Part shown: positions 1 to 10,359 of the stretch, in pieces
How the letters are laid out: every line of letters begins with the position of its first letter
Position numbering within the stretch: the first letter of the stretch is position 1
NCBI GenBank assembly: GCA_024640785.1
Contig: JAHEEI010000002.1
Coordinates: 1 to 43,416, forward strand
From: Pseudomonadota bacterium
GTDB taxonomy: Bacteria; Desulfobacterota; WTBG01; CAIYCZ01; CAIRTM01
DNA: 43,416 nt
Direction: 5' to 3'
Made by a program: the position numbers and the translations under genes
The notes under the pieces: model-generated
Told to the model about the DNA's origin: nothing
The model's database searches: none
Seen by the model: only the letters and a program-made list of their open reading frames with translations

Positions 1-468
1 ATTTACAATCGACTGTTTGCCACCATGAAAGTCAGCCGCCATTTAAAGGAGGCTACAAGACAATATGAGCCCGGGCAAAAAGTAGAGGCTGTTATCTATA
101 AATTTGGGCCGTTGGGAGCATTTTGTTTTGTTGACCAGATCTTTCAGGGGCTACTCTATCAGTCTGAAATTTTTAAAGATTTGTCTTTAGGTCAGCATGT
201 AATGACATATGTAACTCAGCTCCGCGAGGACGGAAAACTGGATCTCTCCCTGCGTCAGACAGGTAAAGCCCAAAATGAGAACGATCAACTCGTACTCTTA
301 GAAGCGCTGAAGAAAAACCAAGGGTTTTTGCCTTATCATGACAAAACCGACCCTGAAATTATTCGGGACCGGTTCAGTATGAGCAAAAAAGCCTTTAAGC
401 GTGCTGTCGGAACTCTTTATAAAGCAAAGAAAATAATTATTGAGCCGGAAGGAATTCGTCTCATCTAG
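1..468 (+). CDS. S1-domain RNA-binding protein, CvfB/YitL-like; 5' end truncated by the window edge
   Basis: Frame 1 has no stop from nt 1 (IYNRLFAT precedes the first Met). An S1-like segment (GQKVEAVIYKFGPLGAFCFV) is followed by a C-terminal winged-helix-like tail (GFLPYHDKTDPEIIRDRFSMSKKAFKRAVGTLYKAKKIIIEPEGIRLI) that I recognise from CvfB/YitL proteins. Confidence 0.65.
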   Translation: MYNRLFATMKVSRHLKEATRQYEPGQKVEAVIYKFGPLGAFCFVDQIFQGLLYQSEIFKDLSLGQHVMTYVTQLREDGKLDLSLRQTGKAQNENDQLVLLEALKKNQGFLPYHDKTDPEIIRDRFSMSKKAFKRAVGTLYKAKKIIIEPEGIRLI

Positions 469-492
469 CTTGTTTCCCTTCCGATTTCTGTC

Positions 493-3400
493 TCAGCTGC
501 AACCTGTGGTTGAACCGCAACTGACACATTTTAAGCAAGAGCCATTTCTTACAAGGGTGAACTGCTGACAATCTAAACACGCATCACCTTCAAATCCTTT
601 TGACCTTGCTTCCCGGACAGCAGACAGGCTAATCGGCAGTCCAAGTCTGGCGGATCCGCAGGCAGCCGCAATTTTGGGTTCAGAAAAAGCAGCCTCTTCT
701 TTTTTGTCTTCTTCTATTTCCTTTTCCTCTTTTTTAACAGCCACAGCATCGCTCTCGGTACCAATAGCATCACTGCGCAAGTCTTCATCTTTGATACCGT
801 GACCCAGGTCATTCCTTCCCAGATAGGATATGGCAAGCTCGCGAAAAAGATAATCAATCACCGAGGTTGACATCTTAATGTGGTCATTTCCGGTAACCAT
901 TCCATTCGGCTCAAAACGGCTGAAAACAAAAGCATCGACATATTCCTCCAAAGGAACACCATACTGCAGACCCAGGCTGATGGCAATGGCAAAACTGTTC
1001 ATCAAGCTTCTAAATGCCGCACCTTCCTTGTGCATGTCGACAAATATTTCCCCAAGTCTTCCGTCGGGATATTCTCCTGTGCGCAAATAAATCTTATGAC
1101 CGCCTACAGCCGCTTTCTGAGTATAGCCTTTTCTACGGCCGGGCAACTTCTCACGTTGAGCAGCTATTACTTTTTGGGCGATAACTTTTGCAGCACGCTG
1201 AACTTTCACAGCCGGTGGTTCATCCTCCAGGTCACCGAGATCATCAAACAAACCCAGTGCAGCCGCCAGTGGCTGACTGAGTTTTGAACCGTCACGATAA
1301 AGCGCTATTGATTTTAGCCCGGATTTCCAGCTTAGCATATATGCGTTTTTAATATCGTCCAGAGTTGCCTGAGCCGGCATGTTAATGGTTTTTGAGATTG
1401 CTCCGGAAATAAAGGGCTGTACCGCTGCCATCATCTTAATATGTGCTTCATAGGAAATGAAACGCTTCCCGGTTTTTCCACACTTGCCGGCACAATCAAA
1501 AACACTATAATGTTCTTTTTTTAAGTGCGGAGCGCCTTCCACGGTCATCATGCCGCAGGCATACTGGTTAGCTGCTTCAATTTCTTCCTGGCTGAATCCG
1601 ATCTCCTTAAGCAGCAGGGTCTCGGGGTTCATCATTTTTTCTTCGGAAAACTTCAACGTATTTTTAACAAAATCAAGTCCCAGAATCCAAGGGCTAAAGG
1701 GATTGTTGATATCAAAAGCCGAGGGCAGTGCATCCTCAACTTTCTTAATAATTGCAGGAGTAAATCCTTTTTCCCGCAGGCTTTTTTCATTAATACCTGG
1801 AGCTCCAAGCAGCGTTCCGTGTCCCTGTGCATAATGTACGATCTCTTTTATTTCAGAATCTTCGTAATTTAGTTTTTGTAAAGCCAGCGGAACTGACTGA
1901 TTAATTATCTTTAGAACGCCTCCACCGGCAAGAGTTTTAAATTTCACCAAAGAAAAATCAGGTTCAATCCCAGTTGTGTCGCAGTCCATTACCAAACCTA
2001 TGGTCCCGGTGGGTGCAACAACTGAAACCTGAGCGTTCCTGAAGCCGTGTGCCTCCCCCTGTTCTAAAACCTCACTCCATAGACCTTTGGCAACGGTTAA
2101 CAGTTCCACGGAACAGACATCCGGATCTATGGCCTTTGGAGTTGTTGCCAGATTTTCATAACTGTCAAAAGCTTCGGCAAAAACGGCCCTGCGGTGATTA
2201 CGGATAACTCTCAACATGGTTTCACGGTTCTTATCAAAACGCTTAAAAGGCCCTTTCTCTTTGGCAAGTTCAGCGCTAGTCCGGTAACACTCCCCGGTCA
2301 TTAAAGAAGACAGCACCGCAGCCAAATTACGTCCTTTATTGCTGTCATAGGACATGCCAAAAATCATCAGCAATGCACCCAGGTTGGCATAACCCAGGCC
2401 CAGAGGGCGATAATTATAACTGTTCTGCGCTATTTCCCTGCTGGGGAACTGTGCCATCAGTACGCTAATTTCCAGAGTAAGCGTCCATAGCCTTACAGCA
2501 TGAAGATAGGCATCTACATTCATCTTTTCCTGGGAAGCATGGACAAACTTTGTTAGGTTCAGACTGGCCAGATTGCAGGCCGTGTCGTCCAGAAACATAT
2601 ACTCGGAACAGGGATTTGAAGCGTTAATACGTCCGTCTGCCCCACAGGTATGCCATTCATTAATTGTTGTGTCGAATTGTATACCCGGGTCTGAGCACTG
2701 CCATGCAGCATTGGCAATCCGATCCCAAAGATCCCGGGCCTTGATTGTTTTTGAAACAGCTCCGTCAACCCGGTTAATTAAGTGCCAGTCAGCTGCGTTT
2801 TGAACAGATTCCATAAACTTATTGTCAACCCGGACTGAATTGTTGGAGTTCTGACCGCTGACAGTTTGATATGCCTCAGAATCCCAGTTAGTATTATAGG
2901 TTTCAAAAACAAGCTTTTCATAACCCTGTCTGGCAAACTGTATAACCCTATAAATATAATTATCCGGAATAGCATTCTGGCGCGCATCGCGCACCGCAAA
3001 AGCTAAGGCGGGATTTTTCTCTAGATCAAACCGGTCATCTCCGGAATTCATACCTTTCTGGCAGGCTCCCATAATTTTGTTGAGATGGCGTTCACAGGAA
3101 ATACTTCCTGCTACTAAAGCAACAACTTTCTGTTCTTCAAGAGACTTCCAGCTGATAAATTCTTCAATGTCTGGATGGTCGGCATTTAAAATAACCATTT
3201 TAGCAGCCCGTCGGGTAGTGCCCCCGCTTTTTATAGCGCCGGCTGCGCGGTCACCAATTTTTAAGAAGCTCATTAGACCGCTGGACTGGCCGCCGCCGGA
3301 AAGCGCTTCTCCAGCTGCACGCATGGCAGAAAAATTGGTTCCGGTTCCAGAGCCGAACTTAAAAAGCCTGGCTTCGCGCACCCATAGGTCCATGATACCA

Positions 3401-4035
3401 CCCTTGTTGGCCAGATTGTCTTTAATCCCCTGGATAAAACAGGCATGGGGTTGAGGGTGTTCATAGGCACTTCCCGAGGAACTGGCCTGACCTGTTTTGG
3501 GATCGACATAATAATGCCCCTGTGAAGGCCCATCAATACCGTAAGCCCAAAAAAGTCCTGTGTTGAACCACTGGGGTGAATTTGGCGCAGCCATTTGATG
3601 TACCAGCATATATGCCATTTCATCGTGATAAGCATGTGCGTCTTCTTCTGAATCAAAATAATCGTATTTCCACCCCCAGTAGGTCCAGCAGCCCGCCATC
3701 CGGTCAAAAACCTCACGGGCATCTTCCTCTCCGCGAAAACGATCTTCTGGAATCAGCTTTTCAAGGGCTCCCTCGTCGGGAACGCTGCACCGCAACCATA
3801 CAGGCACGCCTTTTTCCTGTTTGCGTTTAACTGAAACAGGCACCCCGGCTTTGCGGAAATATTTCTGTGCTAAAATATCGGTTGCCACCTGGCTCCAAAA
3901 AGAAGGGACAACTACTTTTTTAATAGTATGCACTTTGGAACCGTCAATTTTCTTGATTTCACTAGTGCGGGTTTCAAAATCGATACCATCATAGGGCGTT
4001 TGTTTGTCTCTGGTATAAAAACGCTTTATATTCAT
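493..4035 (-). CDS. nrdJ: Adenosylcobalamin-dependent class II ribonucleotide reductase, long form with Cys-rich C-terminal tail
   Basis: 1180-aa ORF with RNR core strings ([50 protein letters not shown]). The C-terminal tail is Cys-rich (CLDCQQ...[14 protein letters not shown]). No intein-like insertion is visible. Confidence 0.93.
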   Translation of the reverse strand: MNIKRFYTRDKQTPYDGIDFETRTSEIKKIDGSKVHTIKKVVVPSFWSQVATDILAQKYFRKAGVPVSVKRKQEKGVPVWLRCSVPDEGALEKLIPEDRFRGEEDAREVFDRMAGCWTYWGWKYDYFDSEEDAHAYHDEMAYMLVHQMAAPNSPQWFNTGLFWAYGIDGPSQGHYYVDPKTGQASSSGSAYEHPQPHACFIQGIKDNLANKGGIMDLWVREARLFKFGSGTGTNFSAMRAAGEALSGGGQSSGLMSFLKIGDRAAGAIKSGGTTRRAAKMVILNADHPDIEEFISWKSLEEQKVVALVAGSISCERHLNKIMGACQKGMNSGDDRFDLEKNPALAFAVRDARQNAIPDNYIYRVIQFARQGYEKLVFETYNTNWDSEAYQTVSGQNSNNSVRVDNKFMESVQNAADWHLINRVDGAVSKTIKARDLWDRIANAAWQCSDPGIQFDTTINEWHTCGADGRINASNPCSEYMFLDDTACNLASLNLTKFVHASQEKMNVDAYLHAVRLWTLTLEISVLMAQFPSREIAQNSYNYRPLGLGYANLGALLMIFGMSYDSNKGRNLAAVLSSLMTGECYRTSAELAKEKGPFKRFDKNRETMLRVIRNHRRAVFAEAFDSYENLATTPKAIDPDVCSVELLTVAKGLWSEVLEQGEAHGFRNAQVSVVAPTGTIGLVMDCDTTGIEPDFSLVKFKTLAGGGVLKIINQSVPLALQKLNYEDSEIKEIVHYAQGHGTLLGAPGINEKSLREKGFTPAIIKKVEDALPSAFDINNPFSPWILGLDFVKNTLKFSEEKMMNPETLLLKEIGFSQEEIEAANQYACGMMTVEGAPHLKKEHYSVFDCAGKCGKTGKRFISYEAHIKMMAAVQPFISGAISKTINMPAQATLDDIKNAYMLSWKSGLKSIALYRDGSKLSQPLAAALGLFDDLGDLEDEPPAVKVQRAAKVIAQKVIAAQREKLPGRRKGYTQKAAVGGHKIYLRTGEYPDGRLGEIFVDMHKEGAAFRSLMNSFAIAISLGLQYGVPLEEYVDAFVFSRFEPNGMVTGNDHIKMSTSVIDYLFRELAISYLGRNDLGHGIKDEDLRSDAIGTESDAVAVKKEEKEIEEDKKEEAAFSEPKIAAACGSARLGLPISLSAVREARSKGFEGDACLDCQQFTLVRNGSCLKCVSCGSTTGCS

Positions 4036-4076
4036 AATGAAAGGTCCTTGGAATGTATTTTTTTGCGAGTGAATGG

Positions 4077-4105
4077 ATAGTACATTAATATTTTTAAGCT
4101 GTCAA
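4077..4105 (-). promoter_or_regulatory. Putative sigma70 promoter of nrdJ (TTGACA-17 nt-TACTAT)
   Basis: The minus strand reads TTGACA gcttaaaaatattaatg TACTAT. The -10 element ends about 40 nt upstream of the nrdJ ATG. Confidence 0.45.
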
Positions 4106-4115
4106 TATGTTGTGT
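4100..4115. promoter_or_regulatory. Possible NrdR box overlapping the nrdJ -35 element
   Basis: The minus strand ACACAACATATTGACA matches about 12/16 positions of the NrdR-box palindrome as I remember it (acaCwAtATaTwgtgt). A weaker second match (TAAGAATATCTAGTGG, 4175-4190) lies at atypical spacing. Confidence 0.3.
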
Positions 4116-4329
4116 TAAAAGATATAATAAATACCAAATAAGCGATTTCTTTGCTACTTTTTAATTATGGAAAACCACTAGATATTCTTATTTTTATTTA
4201 TTGCCATTGAAAAAGCGATTATAAATTGTAGAAATATTCGTTTCAGAATATTGTCATTATATCAAACAAAAATGTGCCCTGAGTATTATGAATAGAATTG
4301 ATAATAGCTTATGAAAAAATGGAGGATGA

Positions 4330-4893
4330 GTGAATACCTTGGATTCGCCTGATTGCAGCTCAACTTATTCCCATGCACTGTTTACAGATGTTAGCCTTGA
4401 CACTGGACACAAATGCGGTATAGGCGCGTATCTATTTATACCTGTTTCATTTCTTAGAGAGAAAAACCAGAACATTAGCAGAGAAAATATTGCCGCAAGA
4501 CTTAAAATCCACAGATTTAAAAACACTTCCGCAACAAGGCTTGAAGTCCAAACCGTTTTGTGGGCACTTGATGAAATAGAAAGAACCGTTCCAAAGATCC
4601 GACCGATGATATTACATATCTATACTGATTCACAGTGTGTTGCAGGACTGCAAGGAAGACGGTCAAGACTAAGTGCATGTAATTTTATATCACAAAATAC
4701 CGGACGGCCCCTTAAGAACGCGGATCTATACCGGACGTTTTATGAACTTAATGACAAAATGGGATTTTCCGTTACCAAAGTTTCTGGGCATACTCCTGTT
4801 TCATCACGGGATACGGCTCATCATATTTTTGCCTGTGTTGATCAGGAAGCGCGCAAAGCTTTAAAACGCTGGAGGAAAAACCAAAAACAATAA
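4330..4893 (+). CDS. RNase H (type 1) fold protein, stand-alone
   Basis: GTG start 5 nt after GGAGG. The order of acidic and His residues is typical of RNase HI: FTDVS (Asp), TRLEVQTVLWAL (Glu), IYTDSQ (Asp), VSGH (His), ACVDQEAR (Asp). Confidence 0.7.
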   Translation: MNTLDSPDCSSTYSHALFTDVSLDTGHKCGIGAYLFIPVSFLREKNQNISRENIAARLKIHRFKNTSATRLEVQTVLWALDEIERTVPKIRPMILHIYTDSQCVAGLQGRRSRLSACNFISQNTGRPLKNADLYRTFYELNDKMGFSVTKVSGHTPVSSRDTAHHIFACVDQEARKALKRWRKNQKQ

Positions 4894-4933
4894 GAAAACA
4901 TATACGCCCAAATGTCCTTCAGTAGTTTTTACC

Positions 4934-4962
4934 TTGACATAGATTGTTAAAATTTCTATACT
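4934..4962 (+). promoter_or_regulatory. Near-consensus sigma70 promoter (TTGACA-17 nt-TATACT) for the 5055 gene
   Basis: Read directly: TTGACA at 4934-4939, a 17-nt spacer, TATACT at 4957-4962. It lies about 90 nt upstream of the ATG at 5055. Confidence 0.5.
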
Positions 4963-5054
4963 TTAATTTTATTCAAACAAATTCTTTTAAAAAATAATAG
5001 TTGCTATGTTGAGCCCAATCTGAGTTCGCGGCACCTATCAAAAAAGCGGTAGAT

Positions 5055-6053
5055 ATGAAGAAAAACTTTATCATCGGATTTGCTATAAGCTTTCTTTTTA
5101 TCTATCTCAGTTTAAGGGGCATTGATTTTTCAGAGCTTAAAACAAGCCTTAAGTCTGCAAATTATGTTTATCTCTTTCCTGCTTTACTTTTGGTGCTTTT
5201 GCTTTTGCTGATAAGGTCTTACAGATGGGGCGTTATGCTCAGCCCACTTATAAAATATGACCAGAAAACCCTTTTTGTTATTACGTCTATCGGATTTATG
5301 GTAGGAAGTATTATTCCGGCAAGGATCGGGGAAATTGCCAGACCCTATCTTGTTAAACAGAAAAACGGCATAAAAATGTCTACTACCATAGCAACAGTTG
5401 TTGTTGAGAGAGTATTTGATCTGCTGGCTATGATGTCTATTCTTTTTGTTGTTATTTTGGCAATCCCTCTTCCCGCAACTCTGTTTAATTCCGGAATAAC
5501 TATCCTTATAGTTTCAATTATTGTTTTTATGTTCTTGATATTTTTAGCGGTAAAAAAAGACTTTTCACTTAACAAGGCAGATATTATTTTTGAAAAGATG
5601 CCAAATAAACTAGCTTCATTTCTAAAGCGGATTTTACATTCTTTTGTTGAAGGCCTGCAGATACTTCCGGACATAAAGAAGACTCTTTATTTGTTTTTTC
5701 TTTCAGTCCTGGTATGGGTGCTTAACAGTGGAACATTTTATATTATGTTTTATGCCTTTGGATTTCAACTTGGTTTTATAGATGCATGCGCCCTTATGGT
5801 AGTCGCAGCAATAAGTGTTATCCTTCCTGCGCCCGGATTTGTGGGAACTTTTCACTATGCCTGTATTCTGGGGCTGTCATATTTTGGTATCCAAAAAGCA
5901 GAAGCTGCTTCCTATGCTGTTTTGACACACTTTCTACAGATTGTGCCGATAATTGTACTGGGTTTTGTTTTTCTACCCTTTCAGAGACTATCTCTGCCAG
6001 GATTTCTTAAAAAAGAAGCGGAAGAAATTAAGTCAGAACACTTGGATGGCTGA
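5055..6053 (+). CDS. Flippase-like / lysylphosphatidylglycerol-synthase transmembrane-domain family membrane protein
   Basis: Polytopic 332-aa protein. The N-terminal pattern (LRGIDFSELKTSL...LLLIRSYRWGVML) is characteristic of the UPF0104 / LPG-synthase TM-domain family. Confidence 0.72.
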   Translation: MKKNFIIGFAISFLFIYLSLRGIDFSELKTSLKSANYVYLFPALLLVLLLLLIRSYRWGVMLSPLIKYDQKTLFVITSIGFMVGSIIPARIGEIARPYLVKQKNGIKMSTTIATVVVERVFDLLAMMSILFVVILAIPLPATLFNSGITILIVSIIVFMFLIFLAVKKDFSLNKADIIFEKMPNKLASFLKRILHSFVEGLQILPDIKKTLYLFFLSVLVWVLNSGTFYIMFYAFGFQLGFIDACALMVVAAISVILPAPGFVGTFHYACILGLSYFGIQKAEAASYAVLTHFLQIVPIIVLGFVFLPFQRLSLPGFLKKEAEEIKSEHLDG

Positions 6054-6100
6054 TAGTTGTAATTTCAGTTTTTTTATAACTTTATTAAATTAATTATGAA

Positions 6101-6131
6101 AAAAAAGCTCCTTTCTAAATAGGGGCTTTTT
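6101..6131 (+). terminator. Rho-independent terminator after the 5055 gene
   Basis: A-run, then stem AGCUCC (6106-6111) / GGGGCU (6122-6127, one G-U pair), a 10-nt loop, then a U-tract through 6131. Confidence 0.6.
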
Positions 6132-6261
6132 ATCTTGTATTGTATACAAACTACAATATCATACTCTTAAACACGGTAAAACTTTTCACAGTAAAACTAT
6201 TTATGCACAGTGAATATAATTAACGGTTTCCAGCTTCAACCCAGCATGTAAAATATTACAA

Positions 6262-6942
6262 ATGTTCAGATTTATAAAAATTTTTTTCTTTATCATTTCC
6301 CCTCTTGGCATCTTTGTCTTTGGACTTCAAATATATCAGTCTCTGAACTCTAATTCTTTTATATCAACAGAATATACCATGGCCGCTTACGGATTTTTTG
6401 CCGGATCCATACTGTGGCTTTTTTTGGGAAGGTTTCTGCAGTTTTTTCATGTGCTTGAACACGAACTCACACATCTCCTCTTTGGAATTCTTTTTTTTAG
6501 AAAACCAAAAGCTATCTCCGCATCAGACCAGGGCGGCCGAACAGAACTTTATGGCGGGAATTTTATCATAACGCTCGCACCCTATTTTTTCCCCACCCTT
6601 TCTTTTCTAATGCTTATTTTTTTCCCGTTTCTTGATGAAAAATTTTATAATTATTTCTTTATAGCTTTGGGATGTTTTACCGGATATCATTTTATTTCAA
6701 ATTTTCAGGAATTTAAGTTCAGCCAGCCTGACATCCGGGAAGCAGGAATAATTTTTTCTCCGATCTTTTGTCTGTTTGGAAGTATCGTTACCCTGGGCTT
6801 TATTCTTGGTTTTTTAGATGACGGTTTTAAAGGAGGCGGTGATTTTTTTGTGAAGGGGTTTAATCAATCAACCAATACAGTTGTTTATCTTTATGAACAG
6901 GCAAGGGCTCTGAGCGGTAAATTGCAATGGCTGATGAAATAA
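6262..6942 (+). CDS. Polytopic membrane protein with HExxH motif (putative M50B-like / zincin-like metallopeptidase)
   Basis: 226 aa with about 6 hydrophobic segments. HELTH at residues 67-71 (nt 6460-6474) sits at the edge of a TM segment. No Shine-Dalgarno sequence is seen. Confidence 0.5.
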   Translation: MFRFIKIFFFIISPLGIFVFGLQIYQSLNSNSFISTEYTMAAYGFFAGSILWLFLGRFLQFFHVLEHELTHLLFGILFFRKPKAISASDQGGRTELYGGNFIITLAPYFFPTLSFLMLIFFPFLDEKFYNYFFIALGCFTGYHFISNFQEFKFSQPDIREAGIIFSPIFCLFGSIVTLGFILGFLDDGFKGGGDFFVKGFNQSTNTVVYLYEQARALSGKLQWLMK

Positions 6943-6982
6943 ACAGTCTATAAAAAACCAGATAGAACTACTTAAAAACAGA

Positions 6983-7807
6983 TTATCCAAGCTGTCGTTC
7001 AATCTCTTTTGTCAGACAATACGGTCCCTGAAGCTCCTTATTTCCTTCAAATATCTTTCTGTTTTCAAGATGAATACGTCTCTCTGCAAAAACCTTTACT
7101 GTTTCTATAACAAGCGGTAGTTCTCTTGTTGCTCCAGCCTGTCTTATCTTTTTAAAAAGGGGATTATCCTCCCCTTCTTCACTTGCTATTTGTTCAAGAG
7201 ATTTTTTTTTCAGCAGCTGCTCAATTTCCTGCCACAAAGGATCAAACCCTTCACCGAAAATTGGAAACGTCACGTATGTAATAGGCGCGCCCTTATCCAG
7301 CTCTTCTGTTACAAGATGCATCATGTTGCCGCTTTTTTCAGCTCTTTCCTTGATCAGCCGCCAAATTACTTCTTGCCAGGTTCCCGCCGGGCCATCGGGA
7401 GCTGCAGGGTGGAGATTTACCATATCAAATCTCTTACACATCACATCTCCTACGACAAGCATATATCCTGCCAGTACAGTTATATCCGCATGAAAAGGTT
7501 CAAGCCTTTTCATTATCTTAGCATCATATTTGTTTCGCCACCGGCTTAAAGCATCAGGGTCTGTTTTTCCTTTCTTTCTAAGATCCGGCATGAAACTTTT
7601 TGAAGAAAAACAAACAAGATTCAGTCCGTAATCTTTTGCTTGCTCAATAAACCTGTCGCTTCCTTCAGCGTCACCCTTTTCTCTGTTGCAAAATACAAAT
7701 GAAATCTCAGCCTTTACAGTTTTATCATTTATGGCTTTCACTATTGAATTGAGAAGGTTCAATGAACCCTGTCCACGTCCGGTTGAAAACCATCCGATCT
7801 TATACAT
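6983..7807 (-). CDS. Formyltransferase-family protein (PurN-like, with C-terminal extension)
   Basis: The N-terminal Rossmann-like segment plus VLAGYM...NLHPA...GP...G and a later LD.G motif resemble the PurN/Fmt formyltransferase core. GGAGG lies 6 nt upstream of the ATG. The gene starts 32 nt downstream of the ychF stop on the same strand. Confidence 0.7.
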   Translation of the reverse strand: MYKIGWFSTGRGQGSLNLLNSIVKAINDKTVKAEISFVFCNREKGDAEGSDRFIEQAKDYGLNLVCFSSKSFMPDLRKKGKTDPDALSRWRNKYDAKIMKRLEPFHADITVLAGYMLVVGDVMCKRFDMVNLHPAAPDGPAGTWQEVIWRLIKERAEKSGNMMHLVTEELDKGAPITYVTFPIFGEGFDPLWQEIEQLLKKKSLEQIASEEGEDNPLFKKIRQAGATRELPLVIETVKVFAERRIHLENRKIFEGNKELQGPYCLTKEIERQLG

Positions 7808-7839
7808 TTAAGACCTCCGGTATCTTTATCAATGAAAAA

Positions 7840-8910
7840 TTATACATTAAATCTTATATTTAAAATATCGCCGTTTTCAACAATATAGTCTTTGCCCTTA
7901 AGGTATGCTTTTCCTGCCCTCTTCAGGCCGGATTCATCTTTATGTTCAATCAGCTCATCATACTTCATGACTTCAGCCCGGATAAATCCTTTCTGGAGAT
8001 CCGAATGAATAACTCCCGCAGCTTCGGGAGCTGGCGAACCTTTTTTTACAAGCCACTCCCTTACCTCATCTGTACCTACAGTAAAAAAAGGAATAAGCCC
8101 AAGGACTTTTAGACACAGGCGGGTAAGCGTTTCAAGGGCGGGTTCTTTTATGCCAAGGTCATCAAGAAATTCTTTCTTTTCCTCCTCAGAATCAAGCGCC
8201 GCAATTTCCGCTTCAACTTTTGCAGATATCTGCATAATTTCAATGTGGTTTTCTTCACAAATCTTTTCAAGGTTACTTACGAACTCGTTGTTACCGATAT
8301 TATTTTCTGATACATTTATAGCCAGAATCAACTGTTTTAAGGTAATAAAGGGATAGCTTGAGATAAGAGATGTTTCTTTATCTTCTATTTCCATTAATCT
8401 TAAAGGTTTTTCGTTTTCAAGCTGCGTTCTCATTTTCTGCATAAGCAGAAGTTCTGTTTCTTGTTTCTTGTCTTTCAATTTTTTCAGACTGTTCTCTATT
8501 CTCTCTATTCTTTTTTCAACAAACAATAGATCATGAAGGATAAGTTCAGAATTTACCATTTCAATATCACGGACAGGATCTACAGACCCGTCCACATGAT
8601 AAACCGCCTCATCTTCAAACGCTCTTACAACATGACATATTGCATCCATCTCAACAATATCTTTAAATATATCCCCTTTTACAATAGTCTCCTTTTCCAT
8701 TTTTGGGAGAAGTGCGATATCAACCCTTGCGCGCACTTCTTTTTTCGGAGAATACATGTTGACCAGAGTGTCAAAACGCGAATCCTGAATATCAGCTGTT
8801 CCGATTAACAGTTTATGGGTGTCAGTCTGTTCAGAATGTCTTGTTCCGGTTAATATCTGGTAAAGCGTTTTTTTACCTGTCTGTGGCAGACCGATTATGC
8901 CAACTTTCAT
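7840..8910 (-). CDS. ychF: Ribosome-binding ATPase YchF (Obg-like GTPase superfamily)
   Basis: P-loop GLPQTGKKT at the N-terminus, a central coiled-coil insert, and a C-terminal TGS-like/DUF933 string (FFTVGTDEVREW...IHSDLQKGFIRAEV). AAGAGG serves as the Shine-Dalgarno sequence. Confidence 0.9.
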   Translation of the reverse strand: MKVGIIGLPQTGKKTLYQILTGTRHSEQTDTHKLLIGTADIQDSRFDTLVNMYSPKKEVRARVDIALLPKMEKETIVKGDIFKDIVEMDAICHVVRAFEDEAVYHVDGSVDPVRDIEMVNSELILHDLLFVEKRIERIENSLKKLKDKKQETELLLMQKMRTQLENEKPLRLMEIEDKETSLISSYPFITLKQLILAINVSENNIGNNEFVSNLEKICEENHIEIMQISAKVEAEIAALDSEEEKKEFLDDLGIKEPALETLTRLCLKVLGLIPFFTVGTDEVREWLVKKGSPAPEAAGVIHSDLQKGFIRAEVMKYDELIEHKDESGLKRAGKAYLKGKDYIVENGDILNIRFNV

Positions 8911-9100
8911 TCTGGCCTCTTAAGTAATAGATTTGTTTAAGCAGTAAATAATAGCACTCTTTAAAAAGAGGGTCAAAAGATATATAATTACAGCTCATGG
9001 TTAACGGTAAATTGTGCACAACTTGAAAGTCTGACAGCGAACTCAAAAAACTCGTTTATCTAATTTAAACGCTAAAGCCAAAAACTTAAAATATTTTCGC

Positions 9101-10117
9101 CTACTTTTTTTTGCGTTGGTCGTTCAGAAATTTATGGATTTGCTGTAAGGCAAGATCCCTGATGCTGTCTTTTTCCATAAAAATTTCATGTTTTGAGTCT
9201 TTAAAGGATAATTTTTCACAGGCTGTTTTTTCACAGAAAATATCTATTTCTTCCGATTTTACAACAGGGTCATTTTCTGCCTTCAGGACAAGAACAGGTG
9301 CTTTAATCTTGTGGCTGTTGTTAAGCGCTTTTCTGTATGCCTTGATGCTTTCACTGATCCACCTGTTAGTTGCTCCGCCTGAGATAATCTCTGGATATTC
9401 AGAAAGAATCTTATTTTCCCACAAGTCCCACCTTTTTTTACTGGAGGTAAGCTTATTATTTTTAAATTTTCGAGGTTTTCTTTTTCCCTGAGTAATACAG
9501 TAACTCTTTCCTCTGCCCAAAAATATTAACAGGTTAGTCATTAAATCGACTGCTTTTTCAGGAAATATTCCAGTGTTTAATTTCATCATCGGAGCAGCAA
9601 AAACCGCTCCATCAAAATCATCAGGAAAAGATTCAAGGTAGAGCGCTGCAATTGTGCCCCCCGTTGAATGACTGATCAGGAAAAGTTTTTTGTATTTTTT
9701 CCGGGTCACAACCGTGTCTATAAATTTTTTTAAATCGATTACATAATTGTCAAAACTCTTAATAAAAACCTTATCCCTGTCATGGTCAAGAATCCTCTCC
9801 GAAAAACCCATACCTCTGTGATCCATGAGATAAAAAGACAGGCCCGGACCCTTTAGGTCATAAATCAGTTCAGCATATTTTATATATGACTCTGATTTTC
9901 CAGGTAGAAGGATAATAGCAGTATCTTTTCTTTTCGTCTCATGTTTAAGATAGTTTATTCTTTTATTTTCAGAACCTAAAAAGAACCCTTGTTCACAACT
10001 TTTGTAAAAGGGAAGCACTTTTTTATTGTATTGGTCAAAAAAATCTTTTTCACTTATGGCAAAAACCGATGAAGCAAAACAAAATAAAATTAATAACTGA
10101 AAAATATATTTATACAT
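9101..10117 (-). CDS. Secreted alpha/beta-hydrolase (lysophospholipase/monoacylglycerol-lipase-like)
   Basis: Signal peptide MYKYIFQLLILFCFASSVFA. Nucleophile elbow SHSTGG and an LPG...HRG oxyanion region are present. I place the start at the internal ATG (10117) because AAGGAG lies 6 nt upstream. The longest ORF reaches 10153. Confidence 0.8.
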   Translation of the reverse strand: MYKYIFQLLILFCFASSVFAISEKDFFDQYNKKVLPFYKSCEQGFFLGSENKRINYLKHETKRKDTAIILLPGKSESYIKYAELIYDLKGPGLSFYLMDHRGMGFSERILDHDRDKVFIKSFDNYVIDLKKFIDTVVTRKKYKKLFLISHSTGGTIAALYLESFPDDFDGAVFAAPMMKLNTGIFPEKAVDLMTNLLIFLGRGKSYCITQGKRKPRKFKNNKLTSSKKRWDLWENKILSEYPEIISGGATNRWISESIKAYRKALNNSHKIKAPVLVLKAENDPVVKSEEIDIFCEKTACEKLSFKDSKHEIFMEKDSIRDLALQQIHKFLNDQRKKK

Positions 10118-10359
10118 TCGTATCTCCTTAATTCTTGAATGCCGCATACACATACCAATAACCCGTTAGATTAACAAAAATATTCAGGAAATCGCCATAT
10201 CCGTTAAACTGTAAACCAAATTTTTAAAACTTTAACCAGAATATAAAATATACTCAAGTGCCTAAAAAATCAAACGAAGGGTTAACCGTATCTTTTGACA
10301 CAAAAACCTTTTTTTCATATACTCGCTTAACAGCAAAAGCTTAAATCCTGGAAACGACA

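Noticed and set aside
878-3830. Multiple 60-150 aa ORFs on both strands inside the nrdJ coding region (for example 880-1287 +, 1525-1872 +, 3077-3454 +, 3273-3722 -).
   Set aside because: They are fully nested in a long, motif-rich RNR gene. Their translations are low-complexity or Ser/Pro/Arg-rich with no Shine-Dalgarno sequence, which is typical of shadow ORFs.
493-4035. Possible intein accounting for the large size (1180 aa) of NrdJ.
   Set aside because: The extra length is spread over regions typical of long-form class II RNRs. No Cys/Ser-start or His-Asn-Cys-end splice-junction blocks interrupt the conserved motifs.
4036-4329. Possible cobalamin riboswitch or other structured leader upstream of the B12-dependent RNR.
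   Set aside because: I could find no B12-box-like sequence or extended pairing. With the predicted promoter, the 5' UTR is only about 35-40 nt.
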